A stretch of 64,000 bases of DNA from Schizochytrium sp. TIO01 (taxonomy: Eukaryota > Protista > Bigyra: Labyrinthulomycetes). The translations under genes and the position numbers were made by a program. The stretch lies in assembly GCA_004764695.1 (NCBI GenBank), contig SMSO01000037.1, positions 4,440,747-4,504,746 on the forward strand. Reading direction: 5' to 3'. Shown here in pieces: positions 1 to 10,638 of the stretch (positions are counted from its first letter, which is position 1; every line of letters begins with the position of its first letter). The notes beneath the pieces are model-generated. The model searched no databases, was not told the DNA's origin, and was given only the letters and a program-made list of their open reading frames with translations.

Positions 1-239
1 ATTCTTTTCAAAAGCAGAGCATACAAAACCAAACCGGCAATGGTATCTTTATTTTGAAAATAATTTCATTCAAATGATTGGGAATTGAAAAAAGAAAAAA
101 GGAATGTTTATTTGATAATGATAAAAAACAACAAACATTTTTCTTTTATTTTTTAAGATTGACAAGCAACAGGAACTGTAAAAGAAAAGGGAAAAAGAAA
201 AAAAAAGAAAAGGAACGTGGGAAAGGAAAGCATGTTTAG

Positions 240-2195
240 TCAAAAAGGGCGATACGCAGGAGGAAACGCACCATCCATGGGGTCCGAAAATAGAGAGCAT
301 ACGCCCAAGCATCCAGGACGGACATTGTTCATTTGTTCAGGGATTACACCGACATCATCCAGCCTTCTAATATAACCAGGCATCTCCACCTGGATGATAT
401 CAATCACATACTTCCACTCAGAGTGTTTAGCATCGATCTGCTTCACGAGCACTGAGTCGAAGAAGTGTGAAATGCGATCTACTAAGATTCTGGTAGTATC
501 GCTTTCACGAAGGACTACCGTTATCACCATCAGAAGATCATTCGGAGTCATGGTTTCAATACCTTGCATCCTTGTGTTCTTATTGAAAAAGAGAGACATT
601 CCATCAACGGACGGCTCATCAGGAACACCGTTAACCACAAAAAATGGAAGGTCAGACAAATCAAGTCCTAGATCTTCCATTTCCACATCATAGAAAAAAT
701 CGGAGTCTTCCGATCGAAAGAGTAACACCCTCTTTTCAAAACAACCTTCAGTACTGATTGGTATCATAGGGTAGTCAGAATTCCTAACGTTTTGCGGAAT
801 TTCGAGACCACGGTATCGTTGTCGTCGAATCATGTGCAAGAAAGTAGATTTGACCCTTCTACCTCGCAGTTTAAAATATTTGACAACAAGCTGCGAGCGT
901 AAGCCTTCAACACATTCCACAGCTGGATAAGTACGTGGAATGCATGTGAGTGTACTACCATCCACTGCTCCAACAATTTCATTCAGAGCAGAAATCAGCA
1001 GAGGAGGCATCTCCACCTTGATCGGGTCATGAACGTGATCAGTGATCTGGTAAAGTCCTGAATTGAGACCCAACATGATAGTAAGAGAATTCAAATGAAC
1101 AACTCCCAGACTCGTGTTGATGTCCCCAAAAGACCAATTTGGAGATATATTCGTTTCAGTGATCGCAAGGTGAAGAAGCATTCTCATTGATATCTCCGTT
1201 GCTTCTTTAAGAGCAATATCATAACCATTGGGTTGACCTGAGATGTCGGGATGCACACGCATAAAAAAAGCGACTTGGCACTTCCATGTATCGAGAGAAA
1301 AGTAAGTAGATACAGTTCTCAGTACCGTCTTGCGAATGATTTGCATATCCTCAGGACGCATCGTTGTGTCAAGAAGATTCAACCTTTCTTGTCTCGATAA
1401 CTTCAGTGCGAACTCATAGAAACGAGGATGTCCATCAATATCATTCAGGAAAGGGCGTAAATTTGGCCATTCCTGAATACGAATGCGATCGTTCACCGTG
1501 TCTAACTCTGTTTGAGAAGCGTCGCGTTGATGAGCAGCACGGATAAGAATCTGCAAATATTGTTTCTCAAGTTGAGACACAGCATAAGGATACTTGCGCA
1601 ACCCATGAAGTAATGTGACTACCACGTTCGGGATATTATTGGTAGATGTAGTAAGGTAAGGGCCAGTAAACATGGCCATCGAACTGTCAGGTGACACATA
1701 ACTTGTCATGCCAGTAATGATTGGGAAAATTTTGAGACGGGATCGACTTCTACCCCAAAACAGCGTCTGTGAACAGTACAAAAGCAATACATTAGTTCCA
1801 GGAAGATCATCGCGATACTCGTCTATATGCAGAAAGAGCATGTCAACGTCTAAAAGTTGTTGAAGTCTCGTCGAGAGCTCCTCCGCAGTGTAGCTCGCAT
1901 ACCCCTTCATAAGACACACAATAGTGCGCAGAGGAGGAATGTCTTCGTCCTTTAGAAGAACAAACAAAAGAATGGCTGAAACGTAGCCAATGTGATCGAC
2001 ACGTTGAGCCCCGGATTTATATTCTCGACGAAAGTACGAGGAGTCTAAACACAGGTGTTTATTCATCTGAATAAACGCAGATAAGGCTTTCTTTTCATCG
2101 TTTTCGACGTAGTTCACTCCATGTTTTGCCAACTCAACACCTAGACGGGTCTTCCCAGAACCACTGGGACCCTCGATGAGTGGCATTTCCATCAA
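240..2195 (-). CDS. Crinkler(CR)-type STAND-like P-loop NTPase with probable degenerate C-terminal REase-fold domain; 5' end disrupted (probable pseudogene, original start near 2686)
   Basis: 651-aa ORF with Walker A GPSGSGKT, Walker B MLFLHIDEY and a GxP-like motif DIDGHPRFYE. The Walker A lies only ~9 aa from the ORF start. Upstream protein-like sequence (MDQSVQDS... from 2686; MSKLFMETDF...SASE*DPEYF...) is broken by a TAA at 2381-2383 and by frameshifts. Confidence 0.6.
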   Translation of the reverse strand: MMEMPLIEGPSGSGKTRLGVELAKHGVNYVENDEKKALSAFIQMNKHLCLDSSYFRREYKSGAQRVDHIGYVSAILLFVLLKDEDIPPLRTIVCLMKGYASYTAEELSTRLQQLLDVDMLFLHIDEYRDDLPGTNVLLLYCSQTLFWGRSRSRLKIFPIITGMTSYVSPDSSMAMFTGPYLTTSTNNIPNVVVTLLHGLRKYPYAVSQLEKQYLQILIRAAHQRDASQTELDTVNDRIRIQEWPNLRPFLNDIDGHPRFYEFALKLSRQERLNLLDTTMRPEDMQIIRKTVLRTVSTYFSLDTWKCQVAFFMRVHPDISGQPNGYDIALKEATEISMRMLLHLAITETNISPNWSFGDINTSLGVVHLNSLTIMLGLNSGLYQITDHVHDPIKVEMPPLLISALNEIVGAVDGSTLTCIPRTYPAVECVEGLRSQLVVKYFKLRGRRVKSTFLHMIRRQRYRGLEIPQNVRNSDYPMIPISTEGCFEKRVLLFRSEDSDFFYDVEMEDLGLDLSDLPFFVVNGVPDEPSVDGMSLFFNKNTRMQGIETMTPNDLLMVITVVLRESDTTRILVDRISHFFDSVLVKQIDAKHSEWKYVIDIIQVEMPGYIRRLDDVGVIPEQMNNVRPGCLGVCSLFSDPMDGAFPPAYRPF

Positions 2196-2821
2196 CTGCG
2201 GACTGCCAACGCCATTTTTTATACCACGAATGACCTTTCTACCGATTCAAAAGAACCTTCTGTCAGAGGAGATATCACATACTCTAAGTCAGTGTCAAAA
2301 GTCGGCGAAGGCCGGCAAACAATACGGTCTTTCAAAGTCATGGGAAAAACGTTATCCAGAGTCAAAAAATACTCTGGATCTTATTCAGAAGCAGACAAAT
2401 TGCGCAAGAAGCGCTCCGCAACATAATTAGGAACCTCACGCAGTTGTACATTCGTAACTATCCCAGAAGGAAAATCAGTCTCCATGAAAAGTTTAGACAT
2501 CTTCGTCCTCAACTTTCCCAGACTTTCAATTTTTTTTTCTGTTGATTACCAGAACCACTTTCAACAGAATCACCTATATTCTGGTTCTACACCTTCAATG
2601 AAAGTAACTATGTTAGAAATCAAATCGGGCGCTTTATCGCTTTTACTAGTTAATCGATAAATCGAATCTTGAACCGATTGATCCATTTTGTCAAAGTTAG
2701 TTTCGGGTCTGTTCAATGTCAAATTTTGGTTCATCAACTCGTCCCATGATGTCTCTCGTCAAGTTCTATTCGAATAGATCTTCTTTTCTCTCTTTCTTCT
2801 TCTACCTCTCTACCTGTCTGT

Positions 2822-3260
2822 CTGCAGAACTTTTGACTTACGCGATTTAATGATCAAGGGCTACTGAGAGAAAGTTTGTCCTTAGTGAGCGAGGGAGGGT
2901 ATCTATCTTTCGATCTTCTCTAACTGCACAACTCTCGACTTAGAAGATCGAAAGATAAGTAGTCAAACCTCTACCACTGGCGAGTCAGAGGATCGTTCTT
3001 CAAGTCTCAAACAACACTGCCTGCAGAACTCAATCAAACGATCGATCAAGGTCTACTGAGAGGACCGATCTTCAATTCTCTTCTCCTGCCTAGCACTGCC
3101 TGCACAACTCGCAACTTACGCTTGACCAAGGTCTACTGAGAGGACTGATCTTCTCTTCTCCAACCTACCGGCACGAGCCAGCACAACCTGTACAACTTTC
3201 GACTTACGCAATCAAACGATGCATGGAAAGTTGTCCTTGGCCTTAGCGAGCGAGAGCATC
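2822..3260. repeat. Degenerate modular direct repeats plus a perfect 16-bp inverted repeat in the divergent intergenic region
   Basis: CAAGG(G/T)CTACTGAGAG occurs 3 times, CTG(C/T)A(G/C)AACT about 5 times and ACTTACGC 3 times. TATCTTTCGATCTTCT (2904-2919) is the exact reverse complement of AGAAGATCGAAAGATA (2942-2957). Confidence 0.7.
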
Positions 3261-3718
3261 GATGTTACCCACTTGCATCGTATCATCACAACGTTTGACT
3301 TGCATGATCGAACAGTGGAGGGAGAGATGGGTGGAATGAGCGCGTGCACGTGCGAGGAGAGAAATAGATTCGTAGCACGCCACCAGCCACGGCATCAAAG
3401 TTATGCAAACGAGCACTGCAGACTTTTTACTTCGCGGATTCTGGGTTTCGCAAAATACTAGCACTTGAAAGATACATTATAGATCGATGCAATTTGTAAT
3501 GATTGTTTTATAATTTATCCCTCGTGCAGTGTATGAGTCATTAGAAGAAGACATGGGTTTGATTTGAGGGTGTGTAAGAAACAAATAAATAAGTAAGAAT
3601 ATCTACTAGTAAGATTCATTAGTTAATCAAGTATAAACAATAGAGGAAGCATCCAAACCTAGTTCTCAACAGCAGCAAAACCCAATCGTTCGAACACCCA
3701 AAAAATCGTTCGAACACC

Positions 3719-5257
3719 ATGTTAGGTGCTACTTTGAAGGGAGTTAGAAATGTAGCCTCCAAGATCACCAGCCAGGCAAGGAGTGCTGCTAGTAGACGTG
3801 AATCCCGCCTCTCATCAATTCAGATGTTCACAACCGATACAAACAGACTCACTCCTATGAAACACGTAGTTTTGCATCAGGAATTATCTTCCCTCTTGGC
3901 CGACGCTAGAACTTATCGTGCCAAAAAGACTAAGGAGTACGATGACACGTTAAAATCCATTACTGATCTCGAGGCTGAAAAAGCCAAGCTTTCGCAAAAA
4001 ATCGAGGATCTGAAAGAGAAAATCGCCAACAAGTTAGGACCCGATAACTACAAGTTTCTCGATGCTTTCTGCCGTGGTGAGATCAAGTCAAAATCGTTCC
4101 AGAAGAGGTACGGGTACTCGCCCGATGATATAGAGGACGTAAATATTGCCCTTTGCATTAGTTCGATGGAAGACCTTTTCCAAAAAGAAAAGTCGTTAGA
4201 AGTGACCGAGCAACAAATTCTTGCAGATACTCTCCGCCTTGCAAAAACGCAGGGCAATATCAATGATTATGATGCTGATGTGAGGAGGTTAAGTGATTTG
4301 ATTTCTCGTACGGAACCGCAACGCTTTCTGTCGTTCACCAGTGATCATCTACCAAGGATTGCTGATTCCAAGCTAGTATTTAAAAAAAACAGGACAGATA
4401 TCTCAAACCTCAAAAATTACCCCGCTTCGCCCGCGAAGGTCAGGCCTTTGTTAGTGGAGTCTTTCGTGGACTACTGTGACCGGAAAGGGTACATTGATAT
4501 TCTGAATGAACTGCAATCTACCGTCGACTTCAAGGATACCTTTGAGAGTATGAGTGATATGATAAAATTCTCAAACGAAGGAACTGTCACGGACGCATTT
4601 CAGCAGGTTATGCGTCTTGTAACAAAAGCCATGACTCAAGAATCTAACGAAAAAGTCCCTTATAAGGTCTCCATCTATACGTCTGGTCAGGAAGAAGTAG
4701 AGGGTAGAGCAGACTTTTCTTTTGCTGCTAAGAAAGTAGACCGTTCCCATATTCCGTTGATCGTAGGTGAGACGGAAGGTCCTGGTAAGGAGTACTCCTA
4801 CGACAACCTCGGTGAGACTTATTGTGATCATGGCTGTCCTGGATGTGAATCAGAACGTCATAAAAATCATTCAGTTGTTCGTCAACTATACGGCTACATG
4901 CTTTTGAATGGTCTACTGGTTGGCGTCTACTCGAACTACAAAGTGACTTGTATTTTTATCAGGGACTGTGAAGGAAATCTAATGATCACGAACTCTGTTC
5001 GGGCTGAAGAAGTTGGCGATATCGCTCGCGGCAAACTCAGTTCGATGCAACTTGTCGCACTTGCTATCTTGCTCGCAGCGGATACAAGCGAGATGAACTT
5101 CAGTGAAATTGAAAATAACATATTGGTTCCCTGTTTAGGTGGCCCTGAGATTAGTGAAGAATGTATCATTCTACCATCTGATTGCAGAGGCAGTAATAAC
5201 TTGGAAAACGACAAGCACGGAGATACTAATTCCGTGAACGTAAAGAAGCTCGGCTAA
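3719..5257 (+). CDS. Coiled-coil plus restriction-endonuclease-fold (CR-REase-like) protein; 5' part of a split REase-kinase gene
   Basis: 512-aa ORF with N-terminal heptad-rich segment and motifs GRADFSF...LIVGETE...VRQLYGYMLLNGLLVGVYSNYKVTCIF, which resemble the REase domain preceding the kinase in CR effectors. Confidence 0.65.
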   Translation: MLGATLKGVRNVASKITSQARSAASRRESRLSSIQMFTTDTNRLTPMKHVVLHQELSSLLADARTYRAKKTKEYDDTLKSITDLEAEKAKLSQKIEDLKEKIANKLGPDNYKFLDAFCRGEIKSKSFQKRYGYSPDDIEDVNIALCISSMEDLFQKEKSLEVTEQQILADTLRLAKTQGNINDYDADVRRLSDLISRTEPQRFLSFTSDHLPRIADSKLVFKKNRTDISNLKNYPASPAKVRPLLVESFVDYCDRKGYIDILNELQSTVDFKDTFESMSDMIKFSNEGTVTDAFQQVMRLVTKAMTQESNEKVPYKVSIYTSGQEEVEGRADFSFAAKKVDRSHIPLIVGETEGPGKEYSYDNLGETYCDHGCPGCESERHKNHSVVRQLYGYMLLNGLLVGVYSNYKVTCIFIRDCEGNLMITNSVRAEEVGDIARGKLSSMQLVALAILLAADTSEMNFSEIENNILVPCLGGPEISEECIILPSDCRGSNNLENDKHGDTNSVNVKKLG

Positions 5258-5270
5258 GAACTTTCAAAGG

Positions 5271-5861
5271 ATGGTGCGGCGATTCATTTACCATTATTAC
5301 AACTTGATGGGTACACTGAACTCCCTCCCACCTTGTCGCACGGGTAGAACACTTCGGGTTGATATCCCCCTACCAACAGGTGAGAAGATTGACAGCGTCT
5401 TGAAGATATTGGATTGCTTTGAGCAAGAAGAACAGCTACCAGAACTTGAACACGAAGCTGAAATTTACAGGGAGTTAAAATCGCTACAAGGCGAACACAT
5501 CCCTGAATTTATCGATTACGGCTTGTTTGATTACGATGTCCTGTACGGTCTTAGGACAAAATATTCTGGCGAACCTTTAACACCTGAAGACATTACTGAT
5601 GACTTTGTGGGAAAGGCAGTGATTGCTCTCGATGAAGTTCACTCCCATGGTGTACTGCACGGTGATGTGGAGGCCCGCAATGTCCTAGACAATAAGGAAA
5701 CTCAAAGGCCTGTCATAGTTGACTTCGGCATGGCCGTTCGCAAGATGGAAATGAGTGATGAATACTTCACACAAAGCACTAGTCGAGAGATTGCTAGACT
5801 TCGACGTGCGTTGGAGAGGGAAAGAACAACTCAAAATGAAAACATTTACAGTCCTCAATGA
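5271..5861 (+). CDS. Protein kinase-like domain (CR/RIO/Bud32-like minimal kinase); 3' part of split gene
   Basis: Motifs RTGRT (G-loop remnant), VLK, LEHEAEIY (alphaC Glu), HGVLHGDVEARNVL (catalytic loop) and IVDFG. It is separated from the upstream ORF by TAA 5255-5257 and an apparent frameshift near 5335. Confidence 0.8.
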   Translation: MVRRFIYHYYNLMGTLNSLPPCRTGRTLRVDIPLPTGEKIDSVLKILDCFEQEEQLPELEHEAEIYRELKSLQGEHIPEFIDYGLFDYDVLYGLRTKYSGEPLTPEDITDDFVGKAVIALDEVHSHGVLHGDVEARNVLDNKETQRPVIVDFGMAVRKMEMSDEYFTQSTSREIARLRRALERERTTQNENIYSPQ

Positions 5862-5889
5862 ACCAAATTAAAAACAATAAAAAAGACAT

Positions 5890-8829
5890 TTATGAAAAGT
5901 CATCAATTTCATTTGCGAAATTATACTGTGTTGCAATCTGATGAGACCTATAATAATAAACAAACCGATAAAGCACCATAAAACAGAGCAAAGAAAGTGC
6001 ACCGACTGTTAGACCTAGATAAATATGATTTGAACCAATTTGTTCAAACAGTTCCTTTAAGTAAGAAAGACTAGTATCATCTGAAATCGTTGGTGCTGAA
6101 GAAGGATTTCCAAGCGTAGGTCTCATCGTTGGTGCAGGAGTTGGAGCCGTGGGTGAAACTGTAGGTGACGATGTTGGTGCAGGAGTTACAGCAAAAAAGG
6201 TTGAAGAATAGATGTCCTGTATGACAAGAGAGTTCTCTTGTGGAGCAATAGAAAGATAACCAGTTGACCACGCCGTTGTACTGCTAATATTCGTTGGCCA
6301 AAACACGCTAATGCTTTCTGACTTCGTAGCCACAGTCGAAGAGTTAACAAGAGCAACGAACGACCACTCACCAGAGTAATCACGAGTCAGAGTATAATTC
6401 GCAGAGCTAAAGACTGGATAACCATCTGTCATAGTGCTGAAGTTATAATTCCCTGCTATACTATGATTTTCACTAGATGTTACGTAGATAGTTTCTTACG
6501 GAACAAAACAAGAGGTACCCATCGAGAGGACTTACCATTGCACCATCGCCAAGACCATCACTTTCTCCACAATAAGGGAAATCTGCACACATACATGTCA
6601 AGGAATATCCAGATTCAACTCCAGATTCACCGAGCACTGGATGTTGGTAATTGCTCGCACTCACCTCATAAGAATAGGCTGCAGAAGCAACAGAACCAGT
6701 CCCAAGAACCCACCCCTGAGTATTAAGGAAGTATAGTAAATAACTCGTATCCCGTCCATCATTAGAATATAACTCCCAAGAATCCTTTAAATCTACATGT
6801 TTACCCGTCGTTTTCATCACTCCAGTTGAACTCACGTATGGAGATTCCAGTATTAGATAAGGACAATCCACAACACAGCTAGTGCTGTTCGGTTCCGACA
6901 TCATACCTTGGCCACATGGTTCGCAAAGACCACTCGATTCATTCATAAACATATTACTACCACAGTAAATCACATCACAAACAACTTCCGCAGTAGCACC
7001 ATCTATGCCGCCCGTAATGAGAAGATAGGTACTGTCATTGGCAAAGGTGTGTACCTCAAAATTTTCAGTAAAGTATCGGGTAAGCATTTTGTAAATCTGC
7101 AGCCCGGCTTTCAGAACTGCACGCGGAGGTCCAACTTCGCGAAGAACTGGTGGTAATAGGATAAGTAAAAGCAATATTGTCCTCCGTCAGTTCGGATAGA
7201 TAAATGAGTGTGGTCGAACCGACCAATCCGTAAAACGAACCGCATGCCAAGCTGGTGCAAAAGACCCAGCAATAATAATAAATCCCACAGTACCCCATGT
7301 ACACTGATTTAAGGTACACTTCATATTGGTCATTCACATAATCAGTCCCAGCGGGTCCACTTGAGACTCCAGGAACAGCATAAAAGATCATCTCGCCCGC
7401 ATAACTTAGAAATGGAGAAACCGTTAAAGCAACATTGCAAGCATCCGCAGAACGGTGTTTAACACCGGAAACATCAAATGCCCGATTCCAATCATACAAG
7501 CTAGTCGAATTAAATGCGGTCAGGTTAAATTCTCGTTGACTATCACTAAATAGATGAAATGGTTTGCCTCCAAAAATATAAGCGTCCAGGTAGTCACCAC
7601 AAGATACATTCAAAGAAACCTTTGAAGGGTTAGGAGTTTCCAAATGAAACCATGTATGCCCCACAGCTTCTGTGTAATTCACTGTGTCGCCACAAGAAAT
7701 AGAGGTCAAATTTTGCATTTCATTCTCAAATTCATCTACATCATTGATACTGTTATTTATATGCCTTACTCTGACTTTCACGCGCTAAGTATCCTCATCA
7801 AGTTCTAAGACAGTCACCGCAACTGTATTTCCTCCCTCGCGATAATCATACACATAGGTAGAATTTACTGGGACAAAATCAGCTCCAGTTGTATCAGTCA
7901 CCAATCTGGGCAAGCCAGTTGGATCGATCAAGTAACTAGGACCTGCAATATCTTCACAACGCCTTGTTACCCATTCCAACATCACACCTAGAAGATCACT
8001 TTCATAGAGTGATTGGAATGCATGTATTTGGATACTCCAACCGATACAGAATACAGTAGTACAGAGATGAATTAAACCCCTCTCCTGTATCGTGGGCATA
8101 GAGCCACACAGTTGTATCATCACTTATACAAGACTCATCTGCTTCGCAATACAAACCATGTGACATTTGCAAAATACTCTCTTCTGGAATCCACCCCCAA
8201 AAGTACTTGTAGTAGGTACTAAATCGAGCTAACAACCACTAAGCCTTTGAACCCATTTCATCATATTCATTACCATATTCTCCATCAATAGCATGAGCAT
8301 GCAGCAAACCAAGATTGTGACCAAACTCATGCGCTAAAACTCCCATGAGATAAGCGGTTGAATTCACTGAACTTGCAGCAACGTTCATATGCAACCGAGA
8401 ACCAACAACATAAGCAACCCCAACATACCCCAGGTTACAATAAGGGGTGAACAGAGCAACAGAGTCATATGTAGACGCATTTGCACTATCTTCCGCGAGA
8501 GCAAAAGCATCTTCATAAACAAGCATGCTACTCGAAGTCACCTCTACTCCATTGATGTAACAATTATCTGATTCATCAATGCTAAAAGATTCCATCACAT
8601 AGGTAGTCTCATCAACCGATAAGTGAACATCAAAACTACCACCAGAACTTGAGTAATAGAACGTACTCAAATCGCTGCCTATATCGGCCATGATCTCATC
8701 ACTCGGAACCAACGAAGAGTAGCTGCTGTTGGGTATAATTCTGACCGCTCGAATTGTATCTGTAGTCACACCATTGCTATAAGTGCTCGCATCAACAAAT
8801 CCAACAATCAAAACCAAACACCGCATCAT
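5890..8829 (-). pseudogene. Disrupted type I membrane metzincin metalloprotease (peptidase M11/gametolysin-like), ~975 aa when reconstructed
   Basis: Signal peptide MMRCLVLIVGFVDA, zinc motif HEFGHNLGLLHAH, EYGNEYDEMG (Met-turn), Cys-rich segments, a PT-rich stalk and a C-terminal TM (IYLGLTVGALSLLCFMVLY). Six consecutive ORF pieces are joined by in-frame TAG at 8239-8241 and 7785-7787 and by frameshifts near 8030, 7070-7170 and 6495. Confidence 0.8.
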
Positions 8830-8920
8830 TCTTTCTAATAATAAGTAATCTCATTGCTTTTACTTTATATTGCCAGCGCAAAATAACATAGGTGCAAACA
8901 ATTTCAACCAGTTAAAATAA

Positions 8921-10168
8921 ATGTTAATTGTCAATGACATTGTCTTCTCTCATGAAATCTGGAACTGGTATGCTGAAAGGAAACAGAACGTTAACCTTAC
9001 ATGCTCACAAAAATGGTACCTACATGCATTGAGAAGCTTTTTACCCAAACAATACTTCCCAAATCAGTTTTCACAAATTATTCTCCAGGATTTAACAACC
9101 GCAGAATTTTGGGAAATTCTCAATATCACATTTTACACATAATCTGATCTCCAACATAATGACAACGACAGAAGAATGCCAACAAATGTTAGTATCCAAT
9201 CCATTCTAAGCGAGCTACAACACATTGAGGCTATGATTGTATTTTGAGCAATCACAAAAGACCACACAAAAGAGAAATTAGAACTTCCAAATATTGATTA
9301 TTCCCTCATTGTTAATGAAACAGGATTAAACTTGAAGTTCGCAGCCCAGCATGATTAATAGTTGCTTCGAATCCGTTTCCAAATGTACTTCCATTTTACC
9401 ACTTCACGCACCACCAGATCACATTGCTACAACTTTGAGACGGCAAACCATGCCATCCAATAAAAATGAGTTTGGCTCTCGTCACGATCATTTGATGAGT
9501 TTTTGAAAAATATCATTCGCGTAGCCTATGGTGGTGACCTCGACGAATACATCGACGCAGTCATTGAAGACATTGAATAAAAAAAAATAGGCAACTTCCA
9601 CGAAACCCTTGCCCGAATTAAAGGTTACGAATTGATGGATCAGAAAGATGTTCCAACAAAGTTACCTCCTAGCGAATCCTGGCGAAGGCTTTTCAATACA
9701 TACTTTGACAAGGAAGAAAACAACTTTGAAATGTTCTATCAGACATTTACTGCTGAATATATTTTCTTTATCCTCAAAGATTACCTCGCAATCTATGATA
9801 ATGATGGAATCTCATATCTACCGATTTATAAACTCTATTCCAATGACCACTTTACACAGACTTACTGTACAAATATAAGATTTCTTATAAAATACTAAGA
9901 AAATAAGAAGTCAGCTTAAAAAATTATACAATATTAGAATTTGATTCATCAAAAACCTTAATTTGTTACAGACATGTTCATTCAATCGGAGAAAATTCGA
10001 AAATTCATTCAGAATCTGTTCCGTCAGAAAAATGAACATGTCGTCATTCAACGCAGAAACGCTATGTCTAATGAAGAAGCTATATCCTATTTCTACCACC
10101 ACGACAAACCACTCATCACATACAAAGACATTAAACATAAAAACAAGACCACTAGCCGTCACCGCTAG
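8921..10168 (+). pseudogene. Decayed gene of unknown function
   Basis: ORFs 8921-9142, 9632-9898 and 9974-10168 share one frame. The intervening sequence translates to protein-like text (e.g. FDEFLKNIIRVAYGGDLDEYIDAVIEDIE*KKIGNFHETLARIKGY) interrupted by many stops. Confidence 0.5.
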
Positions 10169-10185
10169 AGAAGGTATCCACACTG

Positions 10186-10638
10186 CTACAATCTGTCTAC
10201 ATAGTTCAGCATAACAGTTAGCAAATGCATGCCGATGAAAGACAAACATTCTTCCTTCTTTACCAACATTTCACAAGATTTCAAACCACGCACTTGCACA
10301 ATTTCCTTTCCAATGAAATAGTAGAATCGATACCTCCAACTACCAGGTGTCGGCATCAATGAATGTATTCCTACATTTTTATCACCTTCTCTTCGTATAA
10401 TAAATACTAGTATATCCCATGCAAGAAATTTTGAATCATCTAACATCCCAATCAGGAAATTGCCTAGTTCATCCAATTCACCATTTTCAAAATTGAGCAG
10501 GAGATCGAACCAATCAAATTCATCAATCCATTTCAACAATTCATCATTTTCAACATCGAGCAGGAGATCGAACCAATCAAATTCATCAATCCATTTCAAC
10601 AATTCATCCCAACATGAAGTTTTTTTAAAAGCATTCAT
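10186..10638 (-). CDS. Hypothetical 150-aa protein with internal 21-aa duplication (may be the antisense shadow of the decayed + strand gene)
   Basis: Open frame with ELLKWIDEFDWFDLLL repeated at a 63-bp period; no recognisable domain. Confidence 0.25.
   Translation of the reverse strand: MNAFKKTSCWDELLKWIDEFDWFDLLLDVENDELLKWIDEFDWFDLLLNFENGELDELGNFLIGMLDDSKFLAWDILVFIIRREGDKNVGIHSLMPTPGSWRYRFYYFIGKEIVQVRGLKSCEMLVKKEECLSFIGMHLLTVMLNYVDRL

Noticed and set aside
240-10168. Alternative genetic code (TAA/TAG = Gln) in the left block
   Set aside because: The same genes also contain frameshifts and TGA stops, the metalloprotease ends at TAA, and intact genes elsewhere in the window terminate at TAA/TAG.
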